Assembly (NCBI GenBank): GCA_023700845.1
Contig: JAMPYD010000003.1
Coordinates: 1-38,171 of the forward strand
Source: Elusimicrobiota bacterium
GTDB lineage: Bacteria; Elusimicrobiota; Elusimicrobia; UBA1565; UBA9628
Reading direction: 5' to 3'
DNA length: 38,171 nucleotides
Part shown: positions 9,693-17,011 of the stretch, one piece after another
Layout: each line of letters opens with the position of its first letter
Position numbering within the stretch: position 1 is the first letter of the stretch
Notes under the pieces: model-generated
Database searches by the model: none
The model's input: the letters and a program-made list of their open reading frames with translations, nothing else
Told to the model about the DNA's origin: nothing
Position numbers and translations under genes: made by a program

Positions 9693-10085
9693 TCAGCCGC
9701 AGGACGACGAGCTTTGGTCTTCTTTGCCCGGGAACCAGGGCATCACGATCACGTCCACGCCCATGTCCTTGACCGCCTTCTCCGTCTCCGGGTCGGGCAG
9801 CTTCTGGTCGTAGCCGAGCACGAGGATGTCCGGATTCTCCTTGCGCATCGTCTCGGCGAAGCTCTTGGCGTTGCCGATCACCACCTTGTCGGCGATGCCC
9901 AGGGCCTCCACCCACTTCTTCCTCTGCTTGGCGGGGACGGCGTTGGGCTTGCGGTTGTGGGAGTCGTTGGACAGCACCACGACGAGGGTGTCGCCCAGGA
10001 CGCGGGCGGAGCGCAGCAGGCGGATATGCGCGGCGTGGACGCGGTTGAAGCAGCCTGCGGCGAAGACGATGACGGGCTTGTTCAG
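9693..10085 (-). CDS. Cytidylyltransferase-like nucleotidyltransferase (TagD/RibL-like); probable CTG start
   Basis: GCFNRVHAAH (HxGH-like), LGDTLVVV, PDILVLGYDQ. The domain begins at a CTG overlapping the tatA stop. Confidence 0.7.
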   Translation of the reverse strand: MNKPVIVFAAGCFNRVHAAHIRLLRSARVLGDTLVVVLSNDSHNRKPNAVPAKQRKKWVEALGIADKVVIGNAKSFAETMRKENPDILVLGYDQKLPDPETEKAVKDMGVDVIVMPWFPGKEDQSSSSCG

Positions 10086-10267
10086 GGTTTCTTGGCCGGG
10101 TCGTCTTGCTTGGGGGCATCGTCGTCGATGCCTTCCTTCAGGCCCTTCTTGAACATGTTCATGGCGCGGCCGCACTGCTTGGCGAATTCAGGGATCTTGC
10201 TGGGTCCGAAAAGGATGAGCGCGACGACGGCGATGATGACGATTTCCGTTGTTCCGAGACCGCCCAT
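10082..10267 (-). CDS. tatA: Twin-arginine translocase TatA/E subunit
   Basis: MGGLGTTEIVII..VALILFGPSKIPE....GRA...FKKGL; GGAGG SD; TGA-TAAAAT upstream. Confidence 0.9.
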   Translation of the reverse strand: MGGLGTTEIVIIAVVALILFGPSKIPEFAKQCGRAMNMFKKGLKEGIDDDAPKQDDPAKKP

Positions 10268-10411
10268 AACGTTCCTCCAGGGTACAGTCACATTTTATCA
10301 TTATTCGGGTTGGGGTGGATTGGGACGATGTGATGCGGTGATGCCTATCACGTCTAAAAAGGAGTCAGGTTTTAGTGGCAAATTGATGGAATTCGCTCTA
10401 CAATCCGGGGA

Positions 10412-10461
10412 TAGGCTGATTCGGACCGGAATTAAGCTGGTCAGCCTAATAGGCGTTAGCG
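10412..10461 (+). mobile_element. Partial/degenerate attC-like site (right half) upstream of the TA cassette
   Basis: GCTGGTCAGC (identical to the L' region of the downstream attC) then GTTAGCG at 10455-10461; TAGGCTGA/TCAGCCTA inverted repeat; no clear RYYYAAC. Confidence 0.5.
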
Positions 10462-10493
10462 TGCCACTAGGCATGACCACTGGCAAGACCTTA

Positions 10494-10514
10494 TATAGTG
10501 TGTTACACTATACT
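10494..10514 (+). promoter_or_regulatory. Palindromic operator TATAGTGT-gtt-ACACTATA overlapping -10 TATACT of the cassette TA operon
   Basis: Perfect 8-bp inverted repeat; TATACT at 10509-10514 lies 6 nt before ATG 10521; typical of TA autorepression. Confidence 0.65.
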
Positions 10515-10520
10515 ATCTGA

Positions 10521-10631
10521 ATGGCCAAGTTTAAATTCGTCGCCAGAAACGGGAAAGTCAGACCTATCAGCACCCGACCCGCTCACAAGAAGGAGAGAGA
10601 ACTCTATGAAGCCTACTTACGCGAAATCTGA
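10521..10631 (+). pseudogene. Internally deleted BrnT-family toxin (36 aa)
   Basis: MAKFKFVARNGKVRPISTRPAHKKERELYEAYLREI*: keeps the BrnT C-terminal R.ISxR.A...ER..YE motif and the overlap with the antitoxin, but lacks the WD..K...N..KHG core. Not in the ORF track. Confidence 0.7.
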
Positions 10632-10854
10632 AAAGGCATACGCAAGCACTTCCGTATTCGAAAGGAAGAAGATCCTTGCGTCCGCCAAACGGCTGAAGAA
10701 GAGCCGCAAACTGCCCACGAGCATCGCGCTCGAGGAAAGCACCATCACTGAGCTAAAGGCTCTTGCTGAGTGGCGAGGCGTGCCCTACCAGGTTCTTATG
10801 CGCATGTTCATTCTGGATGGCCTTCACAAGTCGCAGGCAGCAGTCGCACGCTAA
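10606..10854 (+). CDS. CopG/BrnA-like ribbon-helix-helix antitoxin
   Basis: TSIAL......LK.LA..RGVPYQVLMRM; AAGGAG SD; the stop TAA forms part of attC R''. Confidence 0.8.
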   Translation: MKPTYAKSEKAYASTSVFERKKILASAKRLKKSRKLPTSIALEESTITELKALAEWRGVPYQVLMRMFILDGLHKSQAAVAR

Positions 10855-10928
10855 CCATTGGCTAGACCAGCCGGCGGCCTCGTTTGGTTGGACTGTTGAA
10901 GCGCCGCTGGTCAGCCCCTGCGTTATGC
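10849..10928 (+). mobile_element. attC integron recombination site (80 bp)
   Basis: R'' CGCTAAC, 5 nt, L'' GCTAGACC ... L' GGTCAGC, 6 nt, R' GTTATGC. The L boxes pair with one extrahelical base; AGCCGGCG/CGCCGCT extend the stem with a second. Confidence 0.85.
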
Positions 10929-10958
10929 GCACATTAACATCGGAGGGCGCTAAAACGA

Positions 10959-11234
10959 ATGGCTAATCCGAAGCTTATCTTTGGATTTATTGCATACGGT
11001 GTGGGATCGCTTTTCCTCCTTGTCTCCATCCTTGCTGCCGGATACAGATGGAAAACGGGGTTTTACAGCTCCGGCGTGAACATCGTCCCAACAGTGGCGG
11101 CGCTGCTCGGCAGTCTAAACGGGGTTCCCTGGAAGGCCTTTTTTGTGTTTGCAGTTCTCGACATTGTGAGTTTCTTTATCGGATCGGGCGCAAAGCATTT
11201 ATCGATTGAGCAGAGGAATCCGAACGACGCATGA
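10959..11234 (+). CDS. Small hypothetical membrane protein (about 3 TM), likely the second cassette ORF
   Basis: AT-richer codons, GGAGG upstream, starts just after attC R'; ends CGCATGA, resembling the expected CGCATAAC. Confidence 0.6.
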   Translation: MANPKLIFGFIAYGVGSLFLLVSILAAGYRWKTGFYSSGVNIVPTVAALLGSLNGVPWKAFFVFAVLDIVSFFIGSGAKHLSIEQRNPNDA

Positions 11235-11320
11235 GTGCCTCGGTCCGGTGAGGAATAGCCGCCGCCATTCATCCAGACGCGACGAGACCGCTTCCGGCGT
11301 GAGACGTCGAATGGAGTACT

Positions 11321-11593
11321 ATGGTCGCGGCTTCCAAGGTCATAGTGAAACGCAAAATCACCCGCGCCGCCGCCCATCGCCCGCCCTCGGATCTCCGCAA
11401 AGCGATCGCGTCCGACGCCGCCGCGAGGACCGTTTGGGCCGATATCACGCCGTTGGCGCGCAATGAGTGGATCTGCTGGGTCACATCCGCCAAGAAAGCC
11501 GAGACTCGGACGCACCGTATAGCCGTCGGCCTCGATAAGATGCGCAAAGGCATGCGCCGGCCGTGCTGCTGGCCGGGCTGCCCCCACAGGTGA
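11321..11593 (+). CDS. YdeI/OmpD-associated family protein
   Basis: P.DL..A......W..ITPLARNEWICWV.SAKK.ETR..RI and terminal RRPCCWPGCPHR. Confidence 0.75.
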   Translation: MVAASKVIVKRKITRAAAHRPPSDLRKAIASDAAARTVWADITPLARNEWICWVTSAKKAETRTHRIAVGLDKMRKGMRRPCCWPGCPHR

Positions 11594-11627
11594 AGGTCCC
11601 CGACTCTCATCCCGACGGAGGAGCGCC

Positions 11628-12113
11628 ATGAGCAAGATCGCGAAGAACACCATCTGCCTCTGGTACGAACGCGACGCCGAGGAGGCGGCGAAGTTCTACG
11701 CCAAGACCTTCCCGGATTCATCGGTCGGCGCCGTGCATCGCGCGCCGGGAGATTTCCCCTCGGGCAAGCAGGGCGACGCGCTGACCGTCGAGTTCACCGT
11801 GCTGGGCATCCCCTGCCTCGGGCTCAACGGCGGGCCCGCGTTCCAGCCCAGCGAGGCGTTCTCGTTCCAGGTCGCGACCGAGGATCAGGCCGAGACCGAC
11901 CGCTATTGGAACGCGATCGTCGGCAACGGCGGCCAAGAGAGCGAATGCGGCTGGTGCAAGGACAAGTGGGGCATCTCCTGGCAGATCACGCCGGTCGCGC
12001 TGACCAAGGCGTATACCAGCCCCGATCGCGCCGTCGCCAAGCGGGCCTTCGACGCGATGATGACGATGAAGAAGATCGACGTCGCCAAGATCGAGGCCGC
12101 GGTCCGCGGCTAG
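11628..12113 (+). CDS. VOC/PhnB-like (3-demethylubiquinone-9 3-methyltransferase domain) protein
   Basis: CLWY..DAEEAA.FY, LNGGP.F..SEAFSFQV, CGWCKDKWG.SWQI; GGAGG SD. Confidence 0.9.
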   Translation: MSKIAKNTICLWYERDAEEAAKFYAKTFPDSSVGAVHRAPGDFPSGKQGDALTVEFTVLGIPCLGLNGGPAFQPSEAFSFQVATEDQAETDRYWNAIVGNGGQESECGWCKDKWGISWQITPVALTKAYTSPDRAVAKRAFDAMMTMKKIDVAKIEAAVRG

Positions 12114-12147
12114 CGCCCGGCCGTTTTTAGGTAGACTGTCGGCCGCA

Positions 12148-12166
12148 ACTCGGTCCTGGACCGAGT
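12148..12166. repeat. GC-rich palindrome, copy 1 (ACTCGGTCC-T-GGACCGAGT)
   Basis: Perfect 9-bp arms; the 17-bp core is identical at 27336-27352. Confidence 0.75.
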
Positions 12167-12177
12167 CCGGCTGACCC

Positions 12178-12951
12178 TTGAACTACCTGATCATCTGCGC
12201 CGTCGCTTTGGTCGCCTCGGGCCTGACCTTCTTCTCCGGGTTCGGCCTCGGGACCTTGCTCCTGCCCGCCTTCTCGCTGTTCTTCCCCGTCAGCGAGGCC
12301 GTGGCCTTGACCGCCGTCGTGCACGGGCTCAACAACCTCTTCAAGCTCTTCCTGGTCGGACGTCACGCGAACCGGAAGGTCCTCCTGACCTTCGGGCTTC
12401 CCGCCATCGCCGCGTCCTTCGCCGGCGCCGCCTTGCTCCTGTGGCTCTCGGCCATCCCCCCCGTCGCCAGCTACGAGGCCTTCGGCCGGCTCTGGCTCGT
12501 CATGCCCGTCAAGCTCGTCATCGGCTTCCTGCTGCTCGTGTTCGCCGCCATCGAGGTGGTCCCGAGCCTGTCGTCCCTGACATTCGGCCCGCGCTACATG
12601 GCCCTGGGCGGAGCGCTCAGCGGGTTCTTCGGGGGCCTCTCGGGCATGCAGGGAGCCCTGCGCTCGGCGTTCCTGGTGCGGGCCGGATTGGCGAAGGAGG
12701 AGTTCATCGCCACCGGGGTCGTCATCGCCTGCCTGATCGACGCCTCGCGCATCGGCGTCTACGCGCGCTCCGGAGCCTTCGCCGACGGCGGGCGCGACCA
12801 CGGCCTGCTGGCCGCCGCCGTCCTGTCCGCCTTCGCCGGAGCGTACCTGGGCAACCGCTATCTCAAGAAGCTCACGATGCAGGGCATCCAGAGGCTCGTG
12901 GCCGCGATGCTCGCGGCGCTGGCGGTTGGTTTGATGGCCGGAATCCTGTAA
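12178..12951 (+). CDS. TauE/SafE (TSUP) family membrane transporter
   Basis: SGFGLGTLL.P and GALSGFFGGLSG.QGALR motifs; TTG start. Confidence 0.8.
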   Translation: MNYLIICAVALVASGLTFFSGFGLGTLLLPAFSLFFPVSEAVALTAVVHGLNNLFKLFLVGRHANRKVLLTFGLPAIAASFAGAALLLWLSAIPPVASYEAFGRLWLVMPVKLVIGFLLLVFAAIEVVPSLSSLTFGPRYMALGGALSGFFGGLSGMQGALRSAFLVRAGLAKEEFIATGVVIACLIDASRIGVYARSGAFADGGRDHGLLAAAVLSAFAGAYLGNRYLKKLTMQGIQRLVAAMLAALAVGLMAGIL

Positions 12952-13047
12952 ATCCACGGAACAAATCGGGCCCCTCGATCGTATGTATAGTGATGAGGAA
13001 TCCCCGAACCCCGCCGCCCTCCCGCCCCTTTCGATGGGCCCCGCCCA

Positions 13048-13076
13048 TTGAATTGTATAGACATTCGTATTACACT
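13048..13076 (+). promoter_or_regulatory. Promoter TTGAAT-17-TACACT, 8 nt before the toxin ATG
   Basis: Hexamers with a 17-bp spacer. Confidence 0.55.
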
Positions 13077-13084
13077 ATATCGAG

Positions 13085-13345
13085 ATGACCGATCTGCGCT
13101 GGTCATCGTCGAAGAGCGAGGAGCTCAAGTCCGAGCGAGGCGTCTCCTTTGAAGAGATCATTCTCGCGAGGCTTGTCGGGGCGAAGGACCATCCGAGCCG
13201 CCCGAACCAGAGCATCCTTCTCTTCGAGCTCCAAGGGTACATATGGGTCGTGCCTTACGTTATCCGCGACGACGAAATATTCCTGAAGACGCTGTTTCCC
13301 AGCCGGAAATACACGAAGCTCTGGAAGCAGGGAGACCTCGAATGA
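13085..13345 (+). CDS. BrnT-like (RelE superfamily) toxin
   Basis: W...K...LK.ERGVSFEEI, HP.RPNQ, Y..VVPYV, FLKT.FPSRK.TK. Confidence 0.85.
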   Translation: MTDLRWSSSKSEELKSERGVSFEEIILARLVGAKDHPSRPNQSILLFELQGYIWVVPYVIRDDEIFLKTLFPSRKYTKLWKQGDLE

Positions 13346-13590
13346 AGAAGTCCGCATTGAGCCGTTCCGAGAAAACCATCGAGAACGCGCTGTTGCGCGG
13401 CGAGTACCGCCCCGCCAAGCCCGCCGACCTGTCCGCCATCGCGGAGGCCATCGCGCGGCGGAAGAAGAACGCCGTGCTCAATATCCGGGTCAACCGTGAG
13501 GACCTCGAAAGCATCAAGCGCAAGGCCAAGCACCTCGGCATCCCCTATCAGACCCTCATCTCCGAGCTGATCCATCACCACGCGATCTGA
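13342..13590 (+). CDS. CopG/BrnA-like antitoxin
   Basis: K...LNIRV...DL..IK.KA...GIPYQTLISE.IH; ATGA overlap with the toxin. Confidence 0.85.
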   Translation: MKKSALSRSEKTIENALLRGEYRPAKPADLSAIAEAIARRKKNAVLNIRVNREDLESIKRKAKHLGIPYQTLISELIHHHAI

Positions 13591-13633
13591 CGCCGGCCTT
13601 GCCCCCGGGCGCGTACAACGCTAGAATCGCGTC

Positions 13634-14314
13634 ATGAAACGCTTCCTCCCCCTATATCTCCTCCTCGCCGCCGCCTGCAACCAGACCGCCGCCTCCGGCC
13701 CCGCCGCGGGCAAGGCCATGTTCAACCAGGCCGGCTGCGCGTCCTGCCATAAGGTCGGAGAGCTGGGCAGCGCCGTCGGCCCGGACCTGACCATGGTGGG
13801 CCTGCGCCACAGCCCCGAGTGGCTCGAGCTGTACATCAAGGATCCCCAGGCCTGGAAGAAGGATACCTTGATGCCCAACCGGCGCATGTCCGACGAGGCG
13901 CGCAAGGCCATCGTCGAGTACATGGCCATGCTCAAGGGCCAGGACTGGGGCAAGGGCGAGCGGCCCTGGGATAAGCCTTCACTATTAAAGGATCCGGTCG
14001 CGCGCGGCCGCGTGCTCTACAACCGCGCCGGGTGCGTGGGCTGCCACGGCGCCGACGCCGCGGGCGGCTATCCTAATAATAACGTGAAGGGCGGCCTGAT
14101 CCCCCCGCTGAACAAGGCCGTCGAGGGCTTCACCAAGGCGGAGCTGATCAAGAAGATCAAGTCGGGCGTGCCGGAGACCCAGAAGGAAGACCCGAAGGGG
14201 CCGGCGCCGATGATCCGCATGCCCGCGTGGGGCGAGGTCCTCGACGAGAGCGAGCTCGACGCCGTGGCGAGCTACCTGCTGAGCCTGAAGTCGGGCGAAA
14301 AAGCCGACTTTTAG
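13634..14314 (+). CDS. Lipoprotein dihaem cytochrome c (paralogue 1)
   Basis: Lipobox LAAAC; CASCH and CVGCH; Met ligands in LMPN and RMPAW; TTGCCC-17-TAGAAT 6 nt before the ATG. Confidence 0.9.
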   Translation: MKRFLPLYLLLAAACNQTAASGPAAGKAMFNQAGCASCHKVGELGSAVGPDLTMVGLRHSPEWLELYIKDPQAWKKDTLMPNRRMSDEARKAIVEYMAMLKGQDWGKGERPWDKPSLLKDPVARGRVLYNRAGCVGCHGADAAGGYPNNNVKGGLIPPLNKAVEGFTKAELIKKIKSGVPETQKEDPKGPAPMIRMPAWGEVLDESELDAVASYLLSLKSGEKADF

Positions 14315-14364
14315 TCACGCGGCGGCTATGCCCAGGGACGGGGTCCGGTCGCTAGAATGCGGCC

Positions 14365-15183
14365 ATGCCGTGCGCCCTCGCCGCGGTCCTGCTGACCTTC
14401 GCCGCGAACGCCGCGGCGGCGCCGGTCGTCGACGTGTTCCCCCGCGCGGACCAGGTGTTCCAGGAGCTGAAGGCGGACCCCCGCGCGATCCGGCTCGGCG
14501 CGTCGTATTATCGTCTGGAAGGCCTGGACCGCTCCGACATCGCCCTCGGGCATAGCTGGGGCATGACGCGATGGCGTTCGAGCTCGGATGAATGGACCTG
14601 GCAGTGGAACATCGAGGCGATGGCCTACTCGAGGTTCACGCTCAGCGGGGAGCTGAACTCCTTCGAGACCGTGGACTTCTTCGGGAACCTGCCGCTCGCG
14701 GCGAGGCGCGGGAAGCTCTCGGCGCGCGCGATGCTCTTCCATGAGAGCTCCCACCTCGGCGACGATTACATACGACGGACGAACGATCAGGGCTTCCGCT
14801 ATTCCATCGACGGCCTGAGGCTGACCTTAGCCCATGATCTGACGGGCTGGGCGCGCGTCTACGGCGGCGGGACGTACCTGCTTCATTCGGTGCCGGACCC
14901 AGCGCGAAAGGCGGCGCAGGCGGGCGTGGAGCTGACGTCGGGGAAGCTGGGGTGGTCCAAGATGTATCCGCTGCGGCTTTTCGCGGCCCAGGACCTGCAG
15001 TATCGGGAAGCCACCGGCTACCGGACGAACTCCCGCACCGTGGTCGGAGCGATCATCGGCTTCGACAGCGTGCCGCGCTCGATGAGGATCTACGGCGGGC
15101 GGTATGACGGATACTCCGCCTTCGGCCAGCTTTACCGGAGGAAGGAGAGCTTCACCGATATCGGCATCAGCCTTCATTTTTAG
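14365..15183 (+). CDS. DUF1207-like outer-membrane beta-barrel protein (paralogue 1)
   Basis: Signal peptide, ADPR, FHESSHLGDD, alternating beta pattern, C-terminal Phe (DIGISLHF). Confidence 0.75.
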   Translation: MPCALAAVLLTFAANAAAAPVVDVFPRADQVFQELKADPRAIRLGASYYRLEGLDRSDIALGHSWGMTRWRSSSDEWTWQWNIEAMAYSRFTLSGELNSFETVDFFGNLPLAARRGKLSARAMLFHESSHLGDDYIRRTNDQGFRYSIDGLRLTLAHDLTGWARVYGGGTYLLHSVPDPARKAAQAGVELTSGKLGWSKMYPLRLFAAQDLQYREATGYRTNSRTVVGAIIGFDSVPRSMRIYGGRYDGYSAFGQLYRRKESFTDIGISLHF

Positions 15184-15995
15184 AAGTAGGCGTGGAGGCC
15201 GAGCCCGGCCTCCTCGACGATGTCGGCGAAGAACTGGCCGTTCGGGTCGCGCCCGCGGTAGTATTGAAGGAGGAGCTGGAGACGGCGCGTGCGCAGCTGG
15301 AGGTTCTCCATCTGCACGCCGGCGCGCAGCGAGACGCCGGTGGTCTGCCAGCCGTGCTGCTGCCATTTCTGAAGATCCGCCGCCGCGATCGGACGCAGTA
15401 GGCCGCGGAGGAACTTAGGTCCGGCCGCCTCGCCGCCGAGCTGGAAGAAGAGCGGCTTGATCTCCGGGGGGTGCTTGCGGATCATGGAGCCGGCGCCGCC
15501 GTAGGCGCGCAGGCCGCGGTCGAAGTCGTAGGAGAGCTTCGCGTCGACGGCCTCGTAGCTGAGGTTGACTCGCGCGATGTCCCGGTTGGCGATGACGAAC
15601 TCGTCGCCGAGGTGGGTGCTGACGTGGAAGAGGCGGTACATCCCCGTCCAGCGGCCGCGGCGCCAGGTGTAGGGGAAGCCGACGATGAAGTCGGTGTTGA
15701 TGAGCTCCTGGGACTCGGTCTGCACGTCCCAGATGGTGAACACCGCGGCCTGCAGGCCGAACTGCCAGCGGTCGCTGCCGCGGCTGCCGGCGAACGGGAA
15801 GGACTCCCCGAAGGTCGCCGCCCACAGCACGCGCGAGCCGGGACGGCGGAAATATTTCTGCATGGCCCCGGAGAACGCGGGCCAGCGCGGGTCGGCGGAG
15901 AGCGGCTCGAAGATGAGAGTGCGCGGGAAGGCCTCGGCCGCCTGGGCGGGAGCGCCGGCGCAAAGAAGGAGCAGAGGCAAAAGAATGCGGAGCAT
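15180..15995 (-). CDS. DUF1207-like outer-membrane beta-barrel protein (paralogue 2)
   Basis: Start MLRILLP at 15995; ADPR, LINTDFIVG, FHVSTHLGDEF, GQFF, C-terminal GLGLHAYF. Confidence 0.8.
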   Translation of the reverse strand: MLRILLPLLLLCAGAPAQAAEAFPRTLIFEPLSADPRWPAFSGAMQKYFRRPGSRVLWAATFGESFPFAGSRGSDRWQFGLQAAVFTIWDVQTESQELINTDFIVGFPYTWRRGRWTGMYRLFHVSTHLGDEFVIANRDIARVNLSYEAVDAKLSYDFDRGLRAYGGAGSMIRKHPPEIKPLFFQLGGEAAGPKFLRGLLRPIAAADLQKWQQHGWQTTGVSLRAGVQMENLQLRTRRLQLLLQYYRGRDPNGQFFADIVEEAGLGLHAYF

Positions 15996-16090
15996 CGGCG
16001 CTAGGATAGCAACGCCCATATTGCCGCCGGACGTTATTTTCGTCACTTTTGGTTGAAATTGACGCGAATTGGACTTTTTGTTGCATGTCT

Positions 16091-16149
16091 TTGCGCCCTT
16101 CGCGTCCTCTTTGATAGAATCATGCCGCGCAGATTTTTCTCTGAGAGGA
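16091..16149 (+). promoter_or_regulatory. cox operon promoter (TTGCGC-18-TAGAAT with TGn extension) and GAGAGGA SD
   Basis: Motifs read directly in the AT-rich intergenic region. Confidence 0.55.
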
Positions 16150-16153
16150 TCGA

Positions 16154-17011
16154 ATGGGACAATACGGATGGTCGCTGCCGGTCGCCGCTTCCAGCTACGC
16201 CGGCAAGATCGACTTCGGCATCTGGCTGATCCACGCGGCGATGCTCGGCATCTTCGTGCTGTGGGGCGCCTTCTTCATCTATCTGCTCGTGAAGTTCCGC
16301 GCGCGCCCCGGCCACCGCGCCGAGCGCGAGGACCATGACGAGACGCCGGCGCATATCTCGGTGCCCGACTCGCTCTCCAAGTTCCCCTTCGCCCAGCTGC
16401 TGTACAAGAACAAGGGCGAGCTGAAGTCGCTGATCCCCGACATGGTCATCATGAGCTTCGAGGTCGCGCTGATCGTGTTCTACGCCATCCCCGTGTGGAG
16501 CAGCATCAAGATGGGCGTGCCCGACGTGAAGGACCCGGTGGTCATGGAGATCGTCTCCGAGCAGTTCGGCTGGAACATCCACTACGCCGGGCCCGACGGC
16601 AAGCTCGGCAAGCGCAAGATGCCGCTCGTGCACTTCAGCAACCCGATCGGCCTCGACCGCGAGGACCCGGCGTCGGCCGACGACGTGGTCATGGGCAACG
16701 AGCTGCGGCTGCCGGTGGACCGGACCGCGGTCATCGACCTGCTGTCCAAGGACGTCATCCACAGCTTCTTCATCCCCGAGTTCCGAATCAAGCAGGACGC
16801 GGTGCCGGGGCTCAGCATCCCGGTCTGGGTCACGCCGACCAAGGTCGGCAAATACGAGATCACCTGCGCCCAGCTGTGCGGCTTCGCCCACAGCCTGATG
16901 CGCGGCGACGTGTACGTGCAGACCCAGGAGGAGTTCGACGCCTGGTACCAGAGCCGTCTTTCGGCCAACCCCGCCGCGCCGGCGGCGTCCAACCCCGCGG
17001 AGGAGTTCTAG
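16154..17011 (+). CDS. coxB: Cytochrome c oxidase subunit II (CuA), no fused cytochrome c
   Basis: QFGW, DVIHSF, KQDAVPG, CAQLCGFAHSLM. Confidence 0.95.
   Translation: MGQYGWSLPVAASSYAGKIDFGIWLIHAAMLGIFVLWGAFFIYLLVKFRARPGHRAEREDHDETPAHISVPDSLSKFPFAQLLYKNKGELKSLIPDMVIMSFEVALIVFYAIPVWSSIKMGVPDVKDPVVMEIVSEQFGWNIHYAGPDGKLGKRKMPLVHFSNPIGLDREDPASADDVVMGNELRLPVDRTAVIDLLSKDVIHSFFIPEFRIKQDAVPGLSIPVWVTPTKVGKYEITCAQLCGFAHSLMRGDVYVQTQEEFDAWYQSRLSANPAAPAASNPAEEF

Larger units (their letters stand above)
10456..10922 (+). mobile_element. Integron gene cassette carrying a toxin-antitoxin pair
   Basis: Begins G|TTAGCGTGC (10455-10464); the genes end in the exact reverse complement GCACGCTAAC (10846-10855), followed by a full attC. 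Confidence 0.8.

Noticed and set aside
10300-10455. Integron integrase or attI upstream of the cassettes
   Set aside because: There is no tyrosine-recombinase ORF or motif, and only about 150 bp between the tatA promoter and the first cassette.
11235-13620. Further attC sites after the YdeI, VOC, TauE and second TA genes
   Set aside because: No RYYYAAC...GTTRRRY pair with matching L boxes was found by eye after these stops.
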